A stretch of 64,000 nucleotides of DNA from Octopus vulgaris (taxonomy: Eukaryota): assembly GCA_951406725.2 (NCBI GenBank), contig OX597823.1, positions 32,984,001 through 33,048,000 on the forward strand. Direction: 5' to 3'. Both the position numbers and the translations under genes were made by a program. Of the stretch, positions 63,172 to 64,000 are shown piece after piece. How positions within the stretch are numbered: position 1 is the stretch's first letter; every line of letters starts with the position of its first letter. The notes below the pieces were generated by a model. The model had not been told where the DNA came from. It worked only from the letters and a program-made list of their open reading frames with translations, and made no database searches.

Positions 63172-63312
63172 TTTAATTATCTCCCTTAGACAGGTAATTT
63201 ATTTGGAACTGCGTTATGTGCAACATGTTGGAAAAGGGCCCTTACCTTTAATTATCTCCCTTAGACAGGTCATTTATTTGGGAACTGTGGTATGCGCAAC
63301 ATGTTGGAAAAG
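63172..63312. repeat. About 76-bp tandem duplication
   Basis: tttaattatctcccttagacaggt.atttatttgg.aactg...gcaacatgttggaaaag x2. Confidence 0.85.
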
Positions 63313-63587
63313 ATCCTGTAGCTCCCTTACAAGGGCACCTAGAAACTCAGAACCGCTTCCATTGTCCTCTGTGGAAGATTTTACACAGGAATTAGCTTTC
63401 AGCTTTTATATGGATGCTGTAGTCTTTCTTGCTATAAATAGATAGACACACACACATTCATCTTTATTATATAGATATATATACACACATATATATATGC
63501 AGACATCTGTATATATGCACATATATACACACACATATGTACACACATACATATCTCAATACACACACACATTTAAATCCAACATAT

Positions 63588-64000
63588 CTAAAGAATTTAC
63601 AAAAAGGCTCATCAATAATGTTCAAAGTAGCTGACCAATGTGAGGCAATAGTTATCATGGACAAGAACCATTACAGAGATATGTTTATGGAACAACTTAA
63701 TAACCAACACTCCTACAAGAAGCTAAATCAAAACAAGGATGAAAATACCATGAGCAAGATACATAGACTGGTCTCAAAATATCGTAATAACCTAACTGAG
63801 AATGAAGTTAATTATTTAACCAACTTCGAAGTAAAAGCCAGTAACTTCTATGGATTACCCAAAATCCACAAATCAAAAGAAATCGAAGATAACATAAAAG
63901 GAAACAATTCAACATATGTCGAAATTCCGAACCCCCAAAACCTGGAACTATGCCTAATCCTTGCAGGACCAGCATCCAGTGTACATCACTTCAGCAACTT
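63588..64000 (+). mobile_element. Penelope-like element reverse transcriptase, N-terminal part (runs off the window)
   Basis: Open frame LKNLQKGSSIMFKVADQCEAIVIMDKNHY...FYGLPKIHKSKEI...ELCLILAGP corresponds to PLE motifs I.IK.ADKG..IV.MD..Y, FYGLPKIHK and RPI; DKG and RP are degenerate here. Confidence 0.88.

Overview
AT-rich, intron-rich animal genomic DNA. The SINE families and dense (TA)/(TG)/(TAA)/(GAT) microsatellites look like an Octopus (coleoid cephalopod) genome; this is recognition, not a database match. Three spliced genes were assembled by hand with GT-AG boundaries and consistent phases: (1) the last 7 exons of CHID1, a GH18-like chitinase-domain protein (+, 859-9428); (2) a complete 7-exon PIGW, the GPI inositol acyltransferase (-, 58863-36125, 496 aa); (3) between them, an unrecognised 4-coding-exon gene (-, 20428-11560, 307 aa) that ends in a polybasic-CaaX motif (KDRCVLM*). 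The leader of gene 3 holds three uORFs chained to each other and to the main start codon by consecutive AUGA stop-start overlaps; this is the most unusual feature seen. The rest is mostly mobile DNA: tRNA-derived SINEs; RTE, CR1, R4/Dong and Penelope-like retroelement fragments, some with hammerhead-ribozyme-like motifs; a deleted mariner; piggyBac-, hAT- and Merlin-type MITEs; Helitrons; two long hairpin elements; and a young higher-order minisatellite. Most ORFs in the supplied track are microsatellite or repeat artefacts. Exon coordinates were counted by hand, and many repeat boundaries are approximate.
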